From a virus, in IMG/VR virus record IMGVR_UViG_3300045141_000199, positions 1 through 64,000 of that record: a DNA stretch of 64,000 nt; one strand, given 5' to 3'. The number at the start of each line of letters is the position of its first letter. Position 1 is the first letter of the stretch. The notes below the pieces were generated by a model that had not been told where the DNA came from, did not search any database, and saw only the letters and a program-made list of their open reading frames with translations. The position numbers and the translations under genes were made by a program. Below, piece after piece: positions 44,737 to 54,812 of this stretch.

Positions 44737-45197
44737 TATTTCTTAGAGTTTTTCGCTAGGAGTTCTTGCAGCTCTTTAGCAAAGCCGGCGTCAGATTCGA
44801 TGGCGTCCATTGCCTCATTGATTGTGGAAACGTCCTTGGCACTGCCTTGAGTCTGAAGGCGTAGTGCTCCACCTAGATACTCCTTGCGAATCTTCAATAA
44901 CGTATCAGTGTCAAGTTCATCGGCGTTTAGCAAGCGTTGCTCCATAACCGAGTCCACCTTACGCGCCACTCGAATAACACGATCCTCTACAAACTTGAGT
45001 ACAACTGCCTTAACGATCGGGTTGCGCTTTTCTTCGCCGATCTTCGCTGTTGAGCATCCAAACAAGGACGCCATTTCCTTGTTGGTCATGCCGTTGGCAA
45101 TCGCCATTGCCAGCAGCTCAATTTCCTCGTCGTTCGCAAAAATGCGTTTGACGGCTCCGTTTATCGGATGGCGATGCGGAACAATGTCGTTACTCAT
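44736..45197 (-). CDS. putative terminase small subunit (HTH)
   Basis: GMTNKEMASLFGCS HTH; coupled to TerL. Confidence 0.65.
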   Translation of the reverse strand: MSNDIVPHRHPINGAVKRIFANDEEIELLAMAIANGMTNKEMASLFGCSTAKIGEEKRNPIVKAVVLKFVEDRVIRVARKVDSVMEQRLLNADELDTDTLLKIRKEYLGGALRLQTQGSAKDVSTINEAMDAIESDAGFAKELQELLAKNSKK

Positions 45198-45544
45198 CTC
45201 AATATCATCCCATTTAGTCCGTCAAAATAGGGGGTAATCGACCCGTCAGGCCAAGATAGCCGGCAGGCCGCTAAGTGTGAATCCGCCGCTAGACAAAGCC
45301 GATCAGCCAGGTCAAGACTGATTGTGGGCGTGGACTCACTGAGAACTCGATACACCGTTCGAGTGCTGGTGTTAGCCTTCTCGGCTATCAGAGAGACGCT
45401 TGAGCCGGCGTCCTCATCGTCCGGGCGGACGATCTCCTTCAACACTGTGGCGACATCGATGGTGCAAATGCGTGGCTCAACTTCCTTGGAATTCTTTTCC
45501 TGTTTAGCCGGCTCGTATCCTTCGAGCAGGTATTTCTCTTCCAT
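45194..45544 (-). CDS. HTH DNA-binding protein
   Basis: IAEKANTSTRTVYRVL...SLDLADRL. Confidence 0.7.
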   Translation of the reverse strand: MEEKYLLEGYEPAKQEKNSKEVEPRICTIDVATVLKEIVRPDDEDAGSSVSLIAEKANTSTRTVYRVLSESTPTISLDLADRLCLAADSHLAACRLSWPDGSITPYFDGLNGMILR

Positions 45545-45591
45545 GCTGGCCTCCTAAATTAGCGTGATATTTCAGCATGGTCACGCTCTCC

Positions 45592-46098
45592 TTAGGAGGC
45601 TTTGTTGTTGACAATTTTCCATTTGGTAGGCGGCCGGCGCCAGATGTTTTCTTCTGTCGTTACAGGTTCGCCGTATGGAATAGGTGGCGCGATATAAGGC
45701 GCCGCTGTTTCTGGATTAAAGTAAGGCGGAGCTTCCTCTTTGTAAAGCTCAAACGCCTCGAAGATGCCGGCAATATGAGGATCGTGCTTATCCACCAGCT
45801 CACAGCCGATTGCTGTAAGCGATAGACTTTCGATCTCCGTTCGACCCTCGTCAATGATCTTGGCGGCCGCAATGTCCCGATCGGTAACATAATCATACGC
45901 ATTGCGCATATGGCTCTCATTTTTACCGAGCAGGACAATCTTCTTGTAATGACCTGAGCGGTACCAGAGACGCAGCAGATTAGAGTCTGGAGGGGTCAGC
46001 CTGAAGCCCTCCACAGCCGCGTGAGCGGCCTGTGCGGCGATCTTTCCAGGAGACATACCCAAACCCCTGTTTACTATTAAATACATGCAAGGGTCCAT
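45592..46098 (-). CDS. peptidyl-tRNA hydrolase, Pth2 family
   Basis: MSPGKIAAQAAHA, KKIVL, IIDEGRTEI, TAIG motifs. Confidence 0.9.
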   Translation of the reverse strand: MDPCMYLIVNRGLGMSPGKIAAQAAHAAVEGFRLTPPDSNLLRLWYRSGHYKKIVLLGKNESHMRNAYDYVTDRDIAAAKIIDEGRTEIESLSLTAIGCELVDKHDPHIAGIFEAFELYKEEAPPYFNPETAAPYIAPPIPYGEPVTTEENIWRRPPTKWKIVNNKAS

Positions 46099-46307
46099 TA
46101 GGCGGCCGCTATTCTATCGACTGCACAATCTATCGCTTTGCGCAATTCGGTCAGCTCTTTCAAAGATACCGTTCTAGTAGCTGTCATTCCGCTCTCTTCA
46201 TCTTCAAAGATGATGCGCGCCTTATCCATGCCCGGTAAACACCACACCAGCACTGAATATCTATCCTCCGTGGGATGATGGACTGTCGATTCTCCTAAGG
46301 TAGGCAC
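46098..46307 (-). CDS. hypothetical protein
   Basis: Operon-coupled 69-aa ORF. Confidence 0.5.
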   Translation of the reverse strand: MPTLGESTVHHPTEDRYSVLVWCLPGMDKARIIFEDEESGMTATRTVSLKELTELRKAIDCAVDRIAAA

Positions 46308-46792
46308 AGTGTTGCTCCTTTTATCTCGACTTGACGGTAGAAAAACCCATGCATGATGCTGTCATTGCAGTGACGGTTTTCATGCTGAGGAGTAACGAAC
46401 AGCTCCTTAGCTCCGCCCGCTAAAGCGCGGTCCTTGATCTTTGCTGGCTGCGAGTAGAACTCGATGGCGTTGAGAGCAGCGATCAGCTTTAGCGCCCCGA
46501 TTAGCTGGACTGTTCGGAATTCATCGAACGCTAGCTCTTTAGCCTTCCAGGGATAGAGCGCGAAAATCTCACATACAATAAGGCTAATGGGGCCTACGTT
46601 CTGGTCGGCTCCAATGCCTGATCTGAGTAAGTCCGTCTCACCTTCAGCCAACGGACCTACATTATCCTCGATCGCGTCATGCACATCATGGGCGAACGGC
46701 CAGAGCTTAGTCTGGCCGCCGCCCAATAGCACATCTTCATTCCAAAGTGACCATCCGGTTTCCTCACCCGGGTCTACGCATAGCATTCGCAT
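46295..46792 (-). CDS. RuvC-like Holliday junction resolvase
   Basis: MLCVDPGEETGW, IVCE, HCNDS motifs. Confidence 0.72.
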   Translation of the reverse strand: MRMLCVDPGEETGWSLWNEDVLLGGGQTKLWPFAHDVHDAIEDNVGPLAEGETDLLRSGIGADQNVGPISLIVCEIFALYPWKAKELAFDEFRTVQLIGALKLIAALNAIEFYSQPAKIKDRALAGGAKELFVTPQHENRHCNDSIMHGFFYRQVEIKGATLCLP

Positions 46793-46812
46793 ATATGAAG
46801 TTTACCACAAAT

Positions 46813-47259
46813 TCAATATGCTATCTGCCATTCCACTGTTCCAGTCCAAGAACAGCTAGCATGTGCTATATAGTGAGCGGCCGGGGCATACAAATCGATT
46901 GCGCGCGTGTGACCGTTAACCGATCCTCCGCCTCCGCCGATGTCGTTCTTCTCTAGCTTATGCTTACGGTGACTGCGGGGGTCACGGACGATGATTTTTG
47001 CCTTGTTAGGCAAACCGCCCATATTCGTTCCCATGCCTAACTCGGCGAATGAGTAAGGATGGTTAGGGAGATACGCTTCGCGATAGCCGGTGACCAATGC
47101 TGGCTCACAATCGCCCCCATAAATCGAGGCGCCCACAGTGTGCCAAGGTCGATGGTGCTTGGCCCACGCCCGGCTAACGTTTACGTCACAGCGATGTGAA
47201 TGGCAACCTTTGACATGCGCCGATGCTGGGGATGAAGCTGCAAACATTGCTATTAGCAT
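46813..47259 (-). CDS. secreted RlpA/3D-like double-psi barrel protein
   Basis: Signal-like N-terminus, ASIYG, NDIGG, RAIDL motifs. Confidence 0.65.
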   Translation of the reverse strand: MLIAMFAASSPASAHVKGCHSHRCDVNVSRAWAKHHRPWHTVGASIYGGDCEPALVTGYREAYLPNHPYSFAELGMGTNMGGLPNKAKIIVRDPRSHRKHKLEKNDIGGGGGSVNGHTRAIDLYAPAAHYIAHASCSWTGTVEWQIAY

Positions 47260-47264
47260 TACTG

Positions 47265-47531
47265 TTAGGAAGCGTCCGATACACCTTCACCATCCTTTAG
47301 TTTGAGGGTTGGCCTAATTGATGCTGGCACATAGCGCATGCGCAATGTGTGAGACTCTGATTGCACACGGCCGTTGTAAATGAGCGACAAGGCTTGTCCT
47401 GTTGTGTGAGCGTGGCCGTGATCTTCTAACCACTGCACAAGATCAATGGAAGCTGGTAAACGTCCCTTACGCAAGACTCGTTCGAGCTTGCGTATCTTTT
47501 TGTTGTCCCTTCGATTTTTGGCGCTCACCAT
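47265..47531 (-). CDS. basic protein with S4-like RNA-binding motif
   Basis: LVQWLEDHGHAHTTGQALSLIYNGRV resembles the S4 alpha-L motif. Confidence 0.5.
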   Translation of the reverse strand: MVSAKNRRDNKKIRKLERVLRKGRLPASIDLVQWLEDHGHAHTTGQALSLIYNGRVQSESHTLRMRYVPASIRPTLKLKDGEGVSDAS

Positions 47532-47733
47532 GCAACCTTTCAATAAATTTTTTCCAATTGGCTACGCCCTCCTCAAGCCTTTTAGTATGGCGTTCGAGTC
47601 GGACGGCCTTTTCCTCAGGAGTACGTCGTGCTATCCGTGCCTGCCGGCGAGCGTGCTTGGTTCGTTTGATAGGGCGGCCGTACAGCCGTTGACGCTGCTC
47701 GGACTTATTGAAACGGGGCGGAACTTTAGACAA
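47467..47733 (-). CDS. highly basic hypothetical protein
   Basis: 88 aa, R/K-rich. Confidence 0.5.
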   Translation of the reverse strand: MSKVPPRFNKSEQRQRLYGRPIKRTKHARRQARIARRTPEEKAVRLERHTKRLEEGVANWKKFIERLHGERQKSKGQQKDTQARTSLA

Positions 47734-48100
47734 GCGGCGTCTCTTCCCGCTTCTCGCTTTGCGGACGCATGTCCTCAGCTCTGAATATATCCTCCGGAGA
47801 AGGACCGGGCTTCACCCGCGTAACTGTGAGGTTGAGATCGGGCTCATCGGGAGTGCTTACAACCTCGTAATCGCGCTCTAACTCGCGCTCGGGACGATCA
47901 AGTACCTCGCCAAACGTAGTCGGTTTGATCGAGATATTGTCACCACCCTGGTCGCCCCACTCCGCGCTACGCACGTTAGTCTGTACAGGGCTAGGGCCAA
48001 TTACTTCAACCTCGTTGTACGCGCGCATATCCACGGCGCCAGTCTTCGGCTCCTTGAATAGGTTCTTACGCTTTAGGATTGTTCCTCTTTGGTAGCTCAC
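47726..48100 (-). CDS. hypothetical protein
   Basis: Operon-coupled ORF. Confidence 0.65.
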   Translation of the reverse strand: MSYQRGTILKRKNLFKEPKTGAVDMRAYNEVEVIGPSPVQTNVRSAEWGDQGGDNISIKPTTFGEVLDRPERELERDYEVVSTPDEPDLNLTVTRVKPGPSPEDIFRAEDMRPQSEKREETPLV

Positions 48101-48297
48101 TTAGTGCTCGCTTTCTTCTTGATTAGGTTTGAGCGTCGGAAGGCCAAAACAGTGCGATGGTTCACCAATTCCGCCGCGATGCTCGGATGATAGTTCTCAT
48201 CGATTCCATTTATAGCCTGTGTTAGCTGTTCTATGCGAATCGAAATTCTATCGATTCGTTTTTGACGCCATTTATTCAAGCGTTTATCGTACCACAT
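48097..48297 (-). CDS. hypothetical protein
   Basis: Operon-coupled ORF. Confidence 0.55.
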   Translation of the reverse strand: MWYDKRLNKWRQKRIDRISIRIEQLTQAINGIDENYHPSIAAELVNHRTVLAFRRSNLIKKKASTK

Positions 48298-48695
48298 TAT
48301 GCAGGCCCCATCTCGTTTACAAAGGCAACTGCTAACACATCCACAGCTTTCTCAAGCTCATGTGAAATGCGATTCTGGTAAAGCGTTCGGGCTTCTCGGG
48401 ACATGAATTCGCCACACGATAAAGCGGCTACTTGAATGTTGTGAAAGTGTAGGTGCATAAGCTCATGGCAGATAACCTCGTTGAGCTTAGTTATCGACCA
48501 GTTGGGCCATTCCGCATTGATCGCAAATTTGGCCGTCTCATAGTCTTTCGGCGTGTGTATTTCGGCATCGTTGTCTTCTTCAACCGTGTGTGACCAGTCT
48601 AATTCGATTGACCAGTGCGGCAGATTCAGTCGATCGATCCATACGTCGGTGATTCTCTCGACTTGTTTTTGGGTTAGCTTTTTAGCGGCCGTCAT
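48297..48695 (-). CDS. HExxH zinc metallopeptidase-like protein
   Basis: VICHELMH...E motif; start at ATGA overlap with polA. Confidence 0.65.
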   Translation of the reverse strand: MTAAKKLTQKQVERITDVWIDRLNLPHWSIELDWSHTVEEDNDAEIHTPKDYETAKFAINAEWPNWSITKLNEVICHELMHLHFHNIQVAALSCGEFMSREARTLYQNRISHELEKAVDVLAVAFVNEMGPA

Positions 48696-50536
48696 GCGGT
48701 CACCCACTCAGGTACAAACAGGCTGCCATCTTTCATGGGCTTGGCATCCGACCAACGATCGTAGATTCCTCCGTCAGCTTCAAGTGGCACGATTGGTTTA
48801 TCTCCTTGCCACAGGCGCCCACCGGGCTCCGCCTGTTGGGTTAGACGTTTTATGATTAGCTGTTCGACTTCCTTGGCATCCTCGGCCGGCACATGAGCTA
48901 CAACCTCGTCATGAATGAGTGCCACTACCGGGACGCCATCCTTGTGCAAGCTCACGACCGCATCCTTGAGAATTTGGGCGGCCGTGCCCTGAATTAGGTA
49001 GTTCACGAATTTGTAGGCTTCCTTATCGGCGTTCCAACAACGATAACGTCGGCCCCACATGTCTTCGATGTAGCCCTGATCCTGAAGGCGATACTCGATA
49101 CGGTTCTGAAGATTCTCAACCTCAGGGTAAGCTTCGAAATAACGGCGCCGCAGTAGCCTGGCCTCTGCCTGATCTACTTTGAGCTGCCGTCTAACAGTTC
49201 TCAGCCCACCGCCATAGATAATTGAGAAGTTGTACTTCTTGCCTCGTTGCCGGGCAGATTCAATTCCCATGCCCGTGCGCTTCAAATCTTTGATCCCAAT
49301 TAGCTCCGCGGTCATGATGTGCTGATCGGCGCCTTCTCTAACCGCATCCAGCATCCGGCCTTCACCAGCGTAACCAGCGAAAACGCGCATCTCAATGTTC
49401 GAAAGATCGCAAGCTACGAGCTTGTAACCTGGCTCGGCGCGAATGTTGTAGCGCAGCCGTAGGTCATCGCGCGGCTGGTTCTGCATGTTGGGGCCGCTGC
49501 ATGACATGCGTCCGGTTTTAGCTCCGCTCTGACGGTAACTAGCGTGAATGCGGTCGTCGGGAGCAATGAACGGCTCGTTCCATGATCGCATTGCTTTGTC
49601 ATACGAGCGGCCGATCATCGGCCGAACATACGTCGAAAGCGTCTTGTATTCTGCTCTGAAATCCAGGACCGCACGCGCAAGCTCATCGTCGCAGGCTTCG
49701 AGGTTATCTTTGTCGGCTGATTTTACCTTGCCATCGTTGGTTTCCATGAAGCGCATATCTGCTCCGCGCTGTTCGAGCGCAGCAATGACCTGTGCTGAAG
49801 ACTTCGGATTGAACTCCGTAAGCTCCGTATTATCGGTAGCTAGGCTGTGACAGCGATCCTCAAGCTCATCAAGGTTGTTGATAACTTCATTCTCCAGCTT
49901 CCGATAAGCCTGTTCATCGGCTGGCAGCCCACGCTTCTCCATTGCATAAAGCGCGTCCATAACATCGCGTTCAAACTCGTACAATCCAGCAAGCTTTGGC
50001 TGTTGGGCCAGCACTTTGTCGTATTCATCGCAGATTGCGCGCGTCAGGTACACATCTTCTAATCCGTACGGGATCATTAGCTCGCGTGGTACGTCCGAGT
50101 AGTTAGGCTCAACTAATTCTTCACCTTTCTCGGTGGCCTCTTTCTTGCGCGTGGCGCGCTCGGCGATCAGCCAAGCCTTGACGGCCTTCTGGTGGTCCTT
50201 AGCGCTCTCTCCTTGTAATTCCTCCGCTACGTTCTTTAGTGCGACCGACCGGCGCTCATTTATGATGTGCGCAACCAGCATCCCATCGTGCCACGAACCA
50301 TCGCCTGGTAACTTAAATTTATTGGCCGCATCTGCAAATGCTCGGTCGAACTTGGTGTTCCAAGCACGTATGCCCTCAATCGCGCCCCGACCAAACCATT
50401 CTTGAATACGACCGTCGTCTTTCCCCGGGAACAAAGCCTCGCCCTCGCCCGTACCATCCCAAAATTGCATCATGAAGGCGCGCTGCTTTTGTGACCATGG
50501 CTGAAATCCTGTGGACTCTACATCAAACTCTATCAC
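48692..50536 (-). CDS. polA: family A DNA polymerase with 3'-5' exonuclease
   Basis: FDVEST ExoI, TGRMS, CDLSNIEMR, RQRGKKYNFSIIYG, NYLIQGTAA, IHDE. Confidence 0.95.
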   Translation of the reverse strand: MIEFDVESTGFQPWSQKQRAFMMQFWDGTGEGEALFPGKDDGRIQEWFGRGAIEGIRAWNTKFDRAFADAANKFKLPGDGSWHDGMLVAHIINERRSVALKNVAEELQGESAKDHQKAVKAWLIAERATRKKEATEKGEELVEPNYSDVPRELMIPYGLEDVYLTRAICDEYDKVLAQQPKLAGLYEFERDVMDALYAMEKRGLPADEQAYRKLENEVINNLDELEDRCHSLATDNTELTEFNPKSSAQVIAALEQRGADMRFMETNDGKVKSADKDNLEACDDELARAVLDFRAEYKTLSTYVRPMIGRSYDKAMRSWNEPFIAPDDRIHASYRQSGAKTGRMSCSGPNMQNQPRDDLRLRYNIRAEPGYKLVACDLSNIEMRVFAGYAGEGRMLDAVREGADQHIMTAELIGIKDLKRTGMGIESARQRGKKYNFSIIYGGGLRTVRRQLKVDQAEARLLRRRYFEAYPEVENLQNRIEYRLQDQGYIEDMWGRRYRCWNADKEAYKFVNYLIQGTAAQILKDAVVSLHKDGVPVVALIHDEVVAHVPAEDAKEVEQLIIKRLTQQAEPGGRLWQGDKPIVPLEADGGIYDRWSDAKPMKDGSLFVPEWVTA

Positions 50537-51171
50537 TTGCTTACCTCAAACTCATTGATGATGGCAGGCCCCTTCATGAACCACTCGCCAACCATCCAAG
50601 CCATGTGGTAGGGCATAAACTTGCAGTGCAGTTCTCGCTCCTTTGCCTTGCCGCCGGGCATCGTTGCAATTACTTCTAGCTTGCGGGGGTTACCGGCCTG
50701 GTACTGACCTAAACGGCGGGGGATATTGGTAGAGTGGCCGATCTTGACAGCCGAGTTATCACCCTCCATGCCAACCAAATAGCACAGGTCCGGCTTGCCT
50801 TCCTCGCGTTCGCGTCGTTCCTGTAACTCTACTTTTGCTAATGGGGATAGCGGCGTAGAGTTGCCGTTACCGCGATGCCCTGCCCTATGAAAACTAGCGC
50901 CAGCATAGTCAGAGACATCGCCGCCAAGCGCTTCTCGAACCTCTTGATGCGAAGGATTTCGCTTGTTAGGCCCGTATCTTATTCGGAGTCCTTCCCTCGT
51001 CTTTGTGCAGCGGACGCAGAACGACTGGTAATAAGCATTGATCGTCTTTTTAGCCCTGCTCTTCTGTAAGTAGAAATCATTGGTTGGTTTCCAGTCCCTA
51101 CAAATAGAGCATTGAAGTTCAGCTCCGGGAATAGCATCAACCTTCTCCTTTACCCTAGTCTCGACTCTCAT
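50533..51171 (-). CDS. zinc finger plus GIY-YIG-like (T5orf172) protein
   Basis: CxxC...CxxC; VKIGHS...RRLGQYQAGNP...ERELH...GEWF. Confidence 0.78.
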   Translation of the reverse strand: MRVETRVKEKVDAIPGAELQCSICRDWKPTNDFYLQKSRAKKTINAYYQSFCVRCTKTREGLRIRYGPNKRNPSHQEVREALGGDVSDYAGASFHRAGHRGNGNSTPLSPLAKVELQERREREEGKPDLCYLVGMEGDNSAVKIGHSTNIPRRLGQYQAGNPRKLEVIATMPGGKAKERELHCKFMPYHMAWMVGEWFMKGPAIINEFEVSK

Positions 51172-51746
51172 ATTGAGAACTCAACCTTGCGCCGCAAGTC
51201 ATCTAGTGAGCCATCATTCACGATCGTCTTGGTGACTAACGATCTATCTAACTGAACCTCCGAAGCGTGGCCATCGGACTCAAGCCCCGGCCGCGTGATC
51301 TCCCACACCTTGCCGCCGAGATTCAGAACTCGCTCGGCCTCATTGGGGTAGCGAACGTCCGTAACTACGAGCAGCTTCGCTCCGGGGTAGCGGCGCTTAA
51401 GCATGCCGTCAGCCGGCAATACCTGATCGATCCAGAACGTATCTCCAAAGACTTCACGGGCTCCCTGTCCGAACCATTGCAGATACTCACGGCCGGTGAT
51501 CCAGTATTCAATTTCAGGCCATTCGGGTGCCTGGATTCTGAAATCCCAACCCTCCTTGCATTTATTCATTAGCGGGATGAGCCGCTGATCGTCTTCGGGC
51601 GCAAAGCCAAGGGCCTTAGCAGCCATTTCCTTGAGCTTATCGGCAAAGGCCACGCGCTGTACGGGCTCGGGCGTCAGCTCTTTTATGAACTCGGCTGCCG
51701 TGTCCTTACCGGATGTCTTGTAACCGTTGATGCCTATCAGTCGCAT
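51168..51746 (-). CDS. deoxynucleoside monophosphate kinase
   Basis: GYKTSGKDT, FADKLK, REYLQWFG, TDVRYPNE, HASE. Confidence 0.9.
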   Translation of the reverse strand: MRLIGINGYKTSGKDTAAEFIKELTPEPVQRVAFADKLKEMAAKALGFAPEDDQRLIPLMNKCKEGWDFRIQAPEWPEIEYWITGREYLQWFGQGAREVFGDTFWIDQVLPADGMLKRRYPGAKLLVVTDVRYPNEAERVLNLGGKVWEITRPGLESDGHASEVQLDRSLVTKTIVNDGSLDDLRRKVEFSI

Positions 51747-51758
51747 CGCTAAACCTTA

Positions 51759-52187
51759 TCAAAAATCGCTAAGTTCAGCATTTGAAACCGATATATCGTC
51801 TGCGGTTAGCAGGCATAATATCGGGCTCCCGTCAAAATCTTCGTCGTATTCGAAGACCTGCTTTTCGAGGAAGCTCAGCACGTACGCCTCAGCACGCGCT
51901 CCGCGGCTCTCTCGCCAGTCCTCTAAAAAGATGCCACCGATGCAGGCCGGATCAGCGCATATCGTTATATCGCGTGCTAGGAAGCTCATATACGGCCGCT
52001 CAACCGAATCGGGGGAACCAGTTTCCGATTCCATAGCTTCGCGCTCAACATGCTCATCGTCTAGCTCGGCCGGACTTACTATTGTATAGCCGCTAGCCCG
52101 TAACTTGTCCGCTACTTCCCGGAACCGCGGGAAATTGAAGCAAGGGATGCCAGTCATAGGGCCGCCCTCGTAAAAGTAGGGTTTCAT
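51759..52187 (-). CDS. DUF4406 / nucleoside deoxyribosyltransferase-like protein
   Basis: GGPMTGIP.FNFP.F...SPAE...WRESRGARAE. Confidence 0.8.
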   Translation of the reverse strand: MKPYFYEGGPMTGIPCFNFPRFREVADKLRASGYTIVSPAELDDEHVEREAMESETGSPDSVERPYMSFLARDITICADPACIGGIFLEDWRESRGARAEAYVLSFLEKQVFEYDEDFDGSPILCLLTADDISVSNAELSDF

Positions 52188-53353
52188 AGTGCTAAACCTC
52201 CATGGTCTGTGTTGTCGCCTGACGGGATTCTGTAACGGATGCCAGTGCTGCCAGCACCATCGCTTACTGATTTCATCTTCTTCAAACGATCTTCTGTGCA
52301 AAGCCGCGTCATAATCGGCCGCAGCTTAGCCTCCTTCTCTTGCAATTCTTCCGCGAGCTGCTTGAGAGTCATTGGGTCTTCCTGATTATCAGCCAGCACG
52401 CGCATGACGTTTTGCTCGATCTCATCCATTGAGACATGGCGATACCAGAGTGCGTCCGGGTCGTACTCAAGCCTGGCGGGTGGCGGCGGCTGTAAATAAC
52501 GCGCCTTGCTCCACGTCATTTCTTTGTAATCTCCCCCGACCACCTTTTGAAAGTTCTCCATGAGAGCCGCCACGCCCTCTAGCACGGTTGATCCACGGCC
52601 GGCGCTCATTAACTCTCCATCTTCGCCCGCTCCGCTCTTGCGCTCATGATGGCTTAGGATTACGCCGCAGCCGTAATCGGTCGCTAAGGCCACAAGATTG
52701 TCGGTCACAACGGCCATGTCGGTAGCGGAGTTCTCCTCGCCTTTCCACAGCGATCGAAACGGCTCCACAAATACAATGTCTGGCTCATGCTGCTCGACGC
52801 CCGTCCTGACTTGATTTAGCATCGCAGGGTCATCGATCTTCAGCCCGCTGTATCCGCCGTCGCCCCAAACTAGAACGTTCGCTCTAATTTCTTCGCGCTG
52901 CTCATCGGTGAACATGCGGCCGCTGTTGTTTAGCATGATGCCGATCTTCTGGTGAAACATGCCGGCGCTACCCTCGTTCTCCATTATCAAGATTCGCAGG
53001 GGCCTCTCAGGCTTCATATAAGCTTCCCCGTCTCCATTGGAAAACGTGTCAAACAGAGGCAGTCCAGCTCCCCAACGCAGAATACGGTTGAGGTTCATGG
53101 TCGTCTTCCCATAGCCGGCGCGGCCGAGGGTTACCGTTAGCTCGCCTCGAACCACGATCGTCGGCCAGACCAACGACGGTGGAATCTCGATCGGCGCATC
53201 AAGGTATTCACCCAGCGTTTGAACGGGAGGCTCGAAAATTTCAGGCTCAACCTCGTTTAGCGCAAGCATTCGGGCTCGCTTAATTAGTTGCTCGCGCTTA
53301 GCGGGCTCCTCTGTCTCGGCTAACAGTCGAGCAAAATCGTCTACTACGCTCAT
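52184..53353 (-). CDS. RepA/AAA_25-type replicative helicase with C-terminal wHTH
   Basis: GRAGYGKT, MENEG, IVFVEP, SHHERK, GRGS. Confidence 0.85.
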   Translation of the reverse strand: MSVVDDFARLLAETEEPAKREQLIKRARMLALNEVEPEIFEPPVQTLGEYLDAPIEIPPSLVWPTIVVRGELTVTLGRAGYGKTTMNLNRILRWGAGLPLFDTFSNGDGEAYMKPERPLRILIMENEGSAGMFHQKIGIMLNNSGRMFTDEQREEIRANVLVWGDGGYSGLKIDDPAMLNQVRTGVEQHEPDIVFVEPFRSLWKGEENSATDMAVVTDNLVALATDYGCGVILSHHERKSGAGEDGELMSAGRGSTVLEGVAALMENFQKVVGGDYKEMTWSKARYLQPPPPARLEYDPDALWYRHVSMDEIEQNVMRVLADNQEDPMTLKQLAEELQEKEAKLRPIMTRLCTEDRLKKMKSVSDGAGSTGIRYRIPSGDNTDHGGLAL

Positions 53354-53823
53354 AGCGGAATATTAATCAGATTTTCAGAACCACATTCAGCGCAAATTTT
53401 GCGATGACCACTACCATGGCGTGTATGTCTTATCTGTAGATTCTCGATTTGATTATCCTCCGTATTTCCGTTGATGTGGTGAACTTCCTCAGTAGAGACT
53501 AGAGGGCGCCCTAAATGCCGCGCCATTATCAATCTGTGCTCAGCCACACGATTCGTTTGTCTATTAATAGTTTTTGCGGACATGATGTGCATAGGATCGT
53601 CTGGTGCAACCCAAACATACCAATACTTTCCCTGTTTTGTTCTTCCCCCTGTCCAGCAATGATGTTGAGATGCCTGTTTTGGGCCGCGGGGTTTTAATTG
53701 ACGTATTTGAAGGTTTTGGTACAACGACCGATGAGTAAAACCGTACTCGTCTTCGAGATCGCAAACAGATTCCCCCTGAAAATAGCGTGGCAGTATCTCA
53801 TCCCAGGGATAGCGAGCGTTCAT
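53350..53823 (-). CDS. HNH homing endonuclease
   Basis: EHRLIMARHLGRPL...VHHINGNTEDNQIENL. Confidence 0.88.
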   Translation of the reverse strand: MNARYPWDEILPRYFQGESVCDLEDEYGFTHRSLYQNLQIRQLKPRGPKQASQHHCWTGGRTKQGKYWYVWVAPDDPMHIMSAKTINRQTNRVAEHRLIMARHLGRPLVSTEEVHHINGNTEDNQIENLQIRHTRHGSGHRKICAECGSENLINIPL

Positions 53824-54812
53824 TTAGGATTACCAATAGGACAAGAAGCACTAATGAATGGAGCCATAAGAGGATCGTCACAGCCTGTGCTCACAAATTT
53901 ACCACGTTCAGCATTACTAAGAATACGCTTTAATTCTGAGTCAGTTACATGTGACACTCCCTGCTGGTCAGCAGAATCACGTACTAATTTCATCATATAA
54001 AGAGCTTCTTCTCGGTCGCAAGCTTCCCAATTAGCAAGCATCTTTGCTAAGCAGAAATACACCACATTGCGATGTCCCTCACTAACGGGCACTTCATCAC
54101 GGCGCGCAATAATTTCCTGGCCGCAGATATGTAAATCTGAAGCAGTTCCAAACTCAGCAGCCTCATGTTCGCGCTCCTCGGGCGGAGCGATCATTAACCA
54201 ATCGGCGCGCTTACGCCACTCGATCGGACTATTAAGTTCCTTCATCGCTGCTCGTACGAACATCTCTAGGGTTACTTCGCCTAGCGGCGTTGGAAGGCCG
54301 CTCGGACGCGGCAAGGTACCGCCGTCAAGAGTCGGGATTAGTATCGGACGGGCCTCGCCATGATATGGCAGGTTGATGTAGTTACCAAACATGCCGGCCA
54401 GTAAACGATTTTGCTTAGGAAAGCACTCAACCGTTGGTTTACCTATGCCGGCGATGGCCTCCCGCATGATTCCTCGCGGAATCCACGCATCAATAGGCTC
54501 TTCGAAGAAGGCCCAAATGTGCGCATTTCCAGACCTTGAGCGCTCAATGAACGTATGTCCGAATTTCAAGAACTTTTGCAGCTCGCGAGCAGCATCAAAG
54601 TCAGGCTCATCTAAGTCGATCGCAGCAAACCACACCTTGCCGTTGTCGAGCAGCGGGGCTATGCCTAGACCGGGACCTATGCCTTGAAGGTGATTTTCAT
54701 AGACATAGCGCCGCGGAGGCTTCTTTATCCACCGGCCTTCGCCAGTTCCATAAGCATCCTGGCGACCGCGGAATAACCTCATATAAGTATCAACCATATT
54801 GTCGGTTATCAC
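53820..54812 (-). CDS. archaeo-eukaryotic-type primase
   Basis: FRGRQDAYG, IDLD, ERSRSGNAHIW, FPKQ, GNYINLP, HRN motifs. Confidence 0.85.
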   Translation of the reverse strand: MITDNMVDTYMRLFRGRQDAYGTGEGRWIKKPPRRYVYENHLQGIGPGLGIAPLLDNGKVWFAAIDLDEPDFDAARELQKFLKFGHTFIERSRSGNAHIWAFFEEPIDAWIPRGIMREAIAGIGKPTVECFPKQNRLLAGMFGNYINLPYHGEARPILIPTLDGGTLPRPSGLPTPLGEVTLEMFVRAAMKELNSPIEWRKRADWLMIAPPEEREHEAAEFGTASDLHICGQEIIARRDEVPVSEGHRNVVYFCLAKMLANWEACDREEALYMMKLVRDSADQQGVSHVTDSELKRILSNAERGKFVSTGCDDPLMAPFISASCPIGNPK

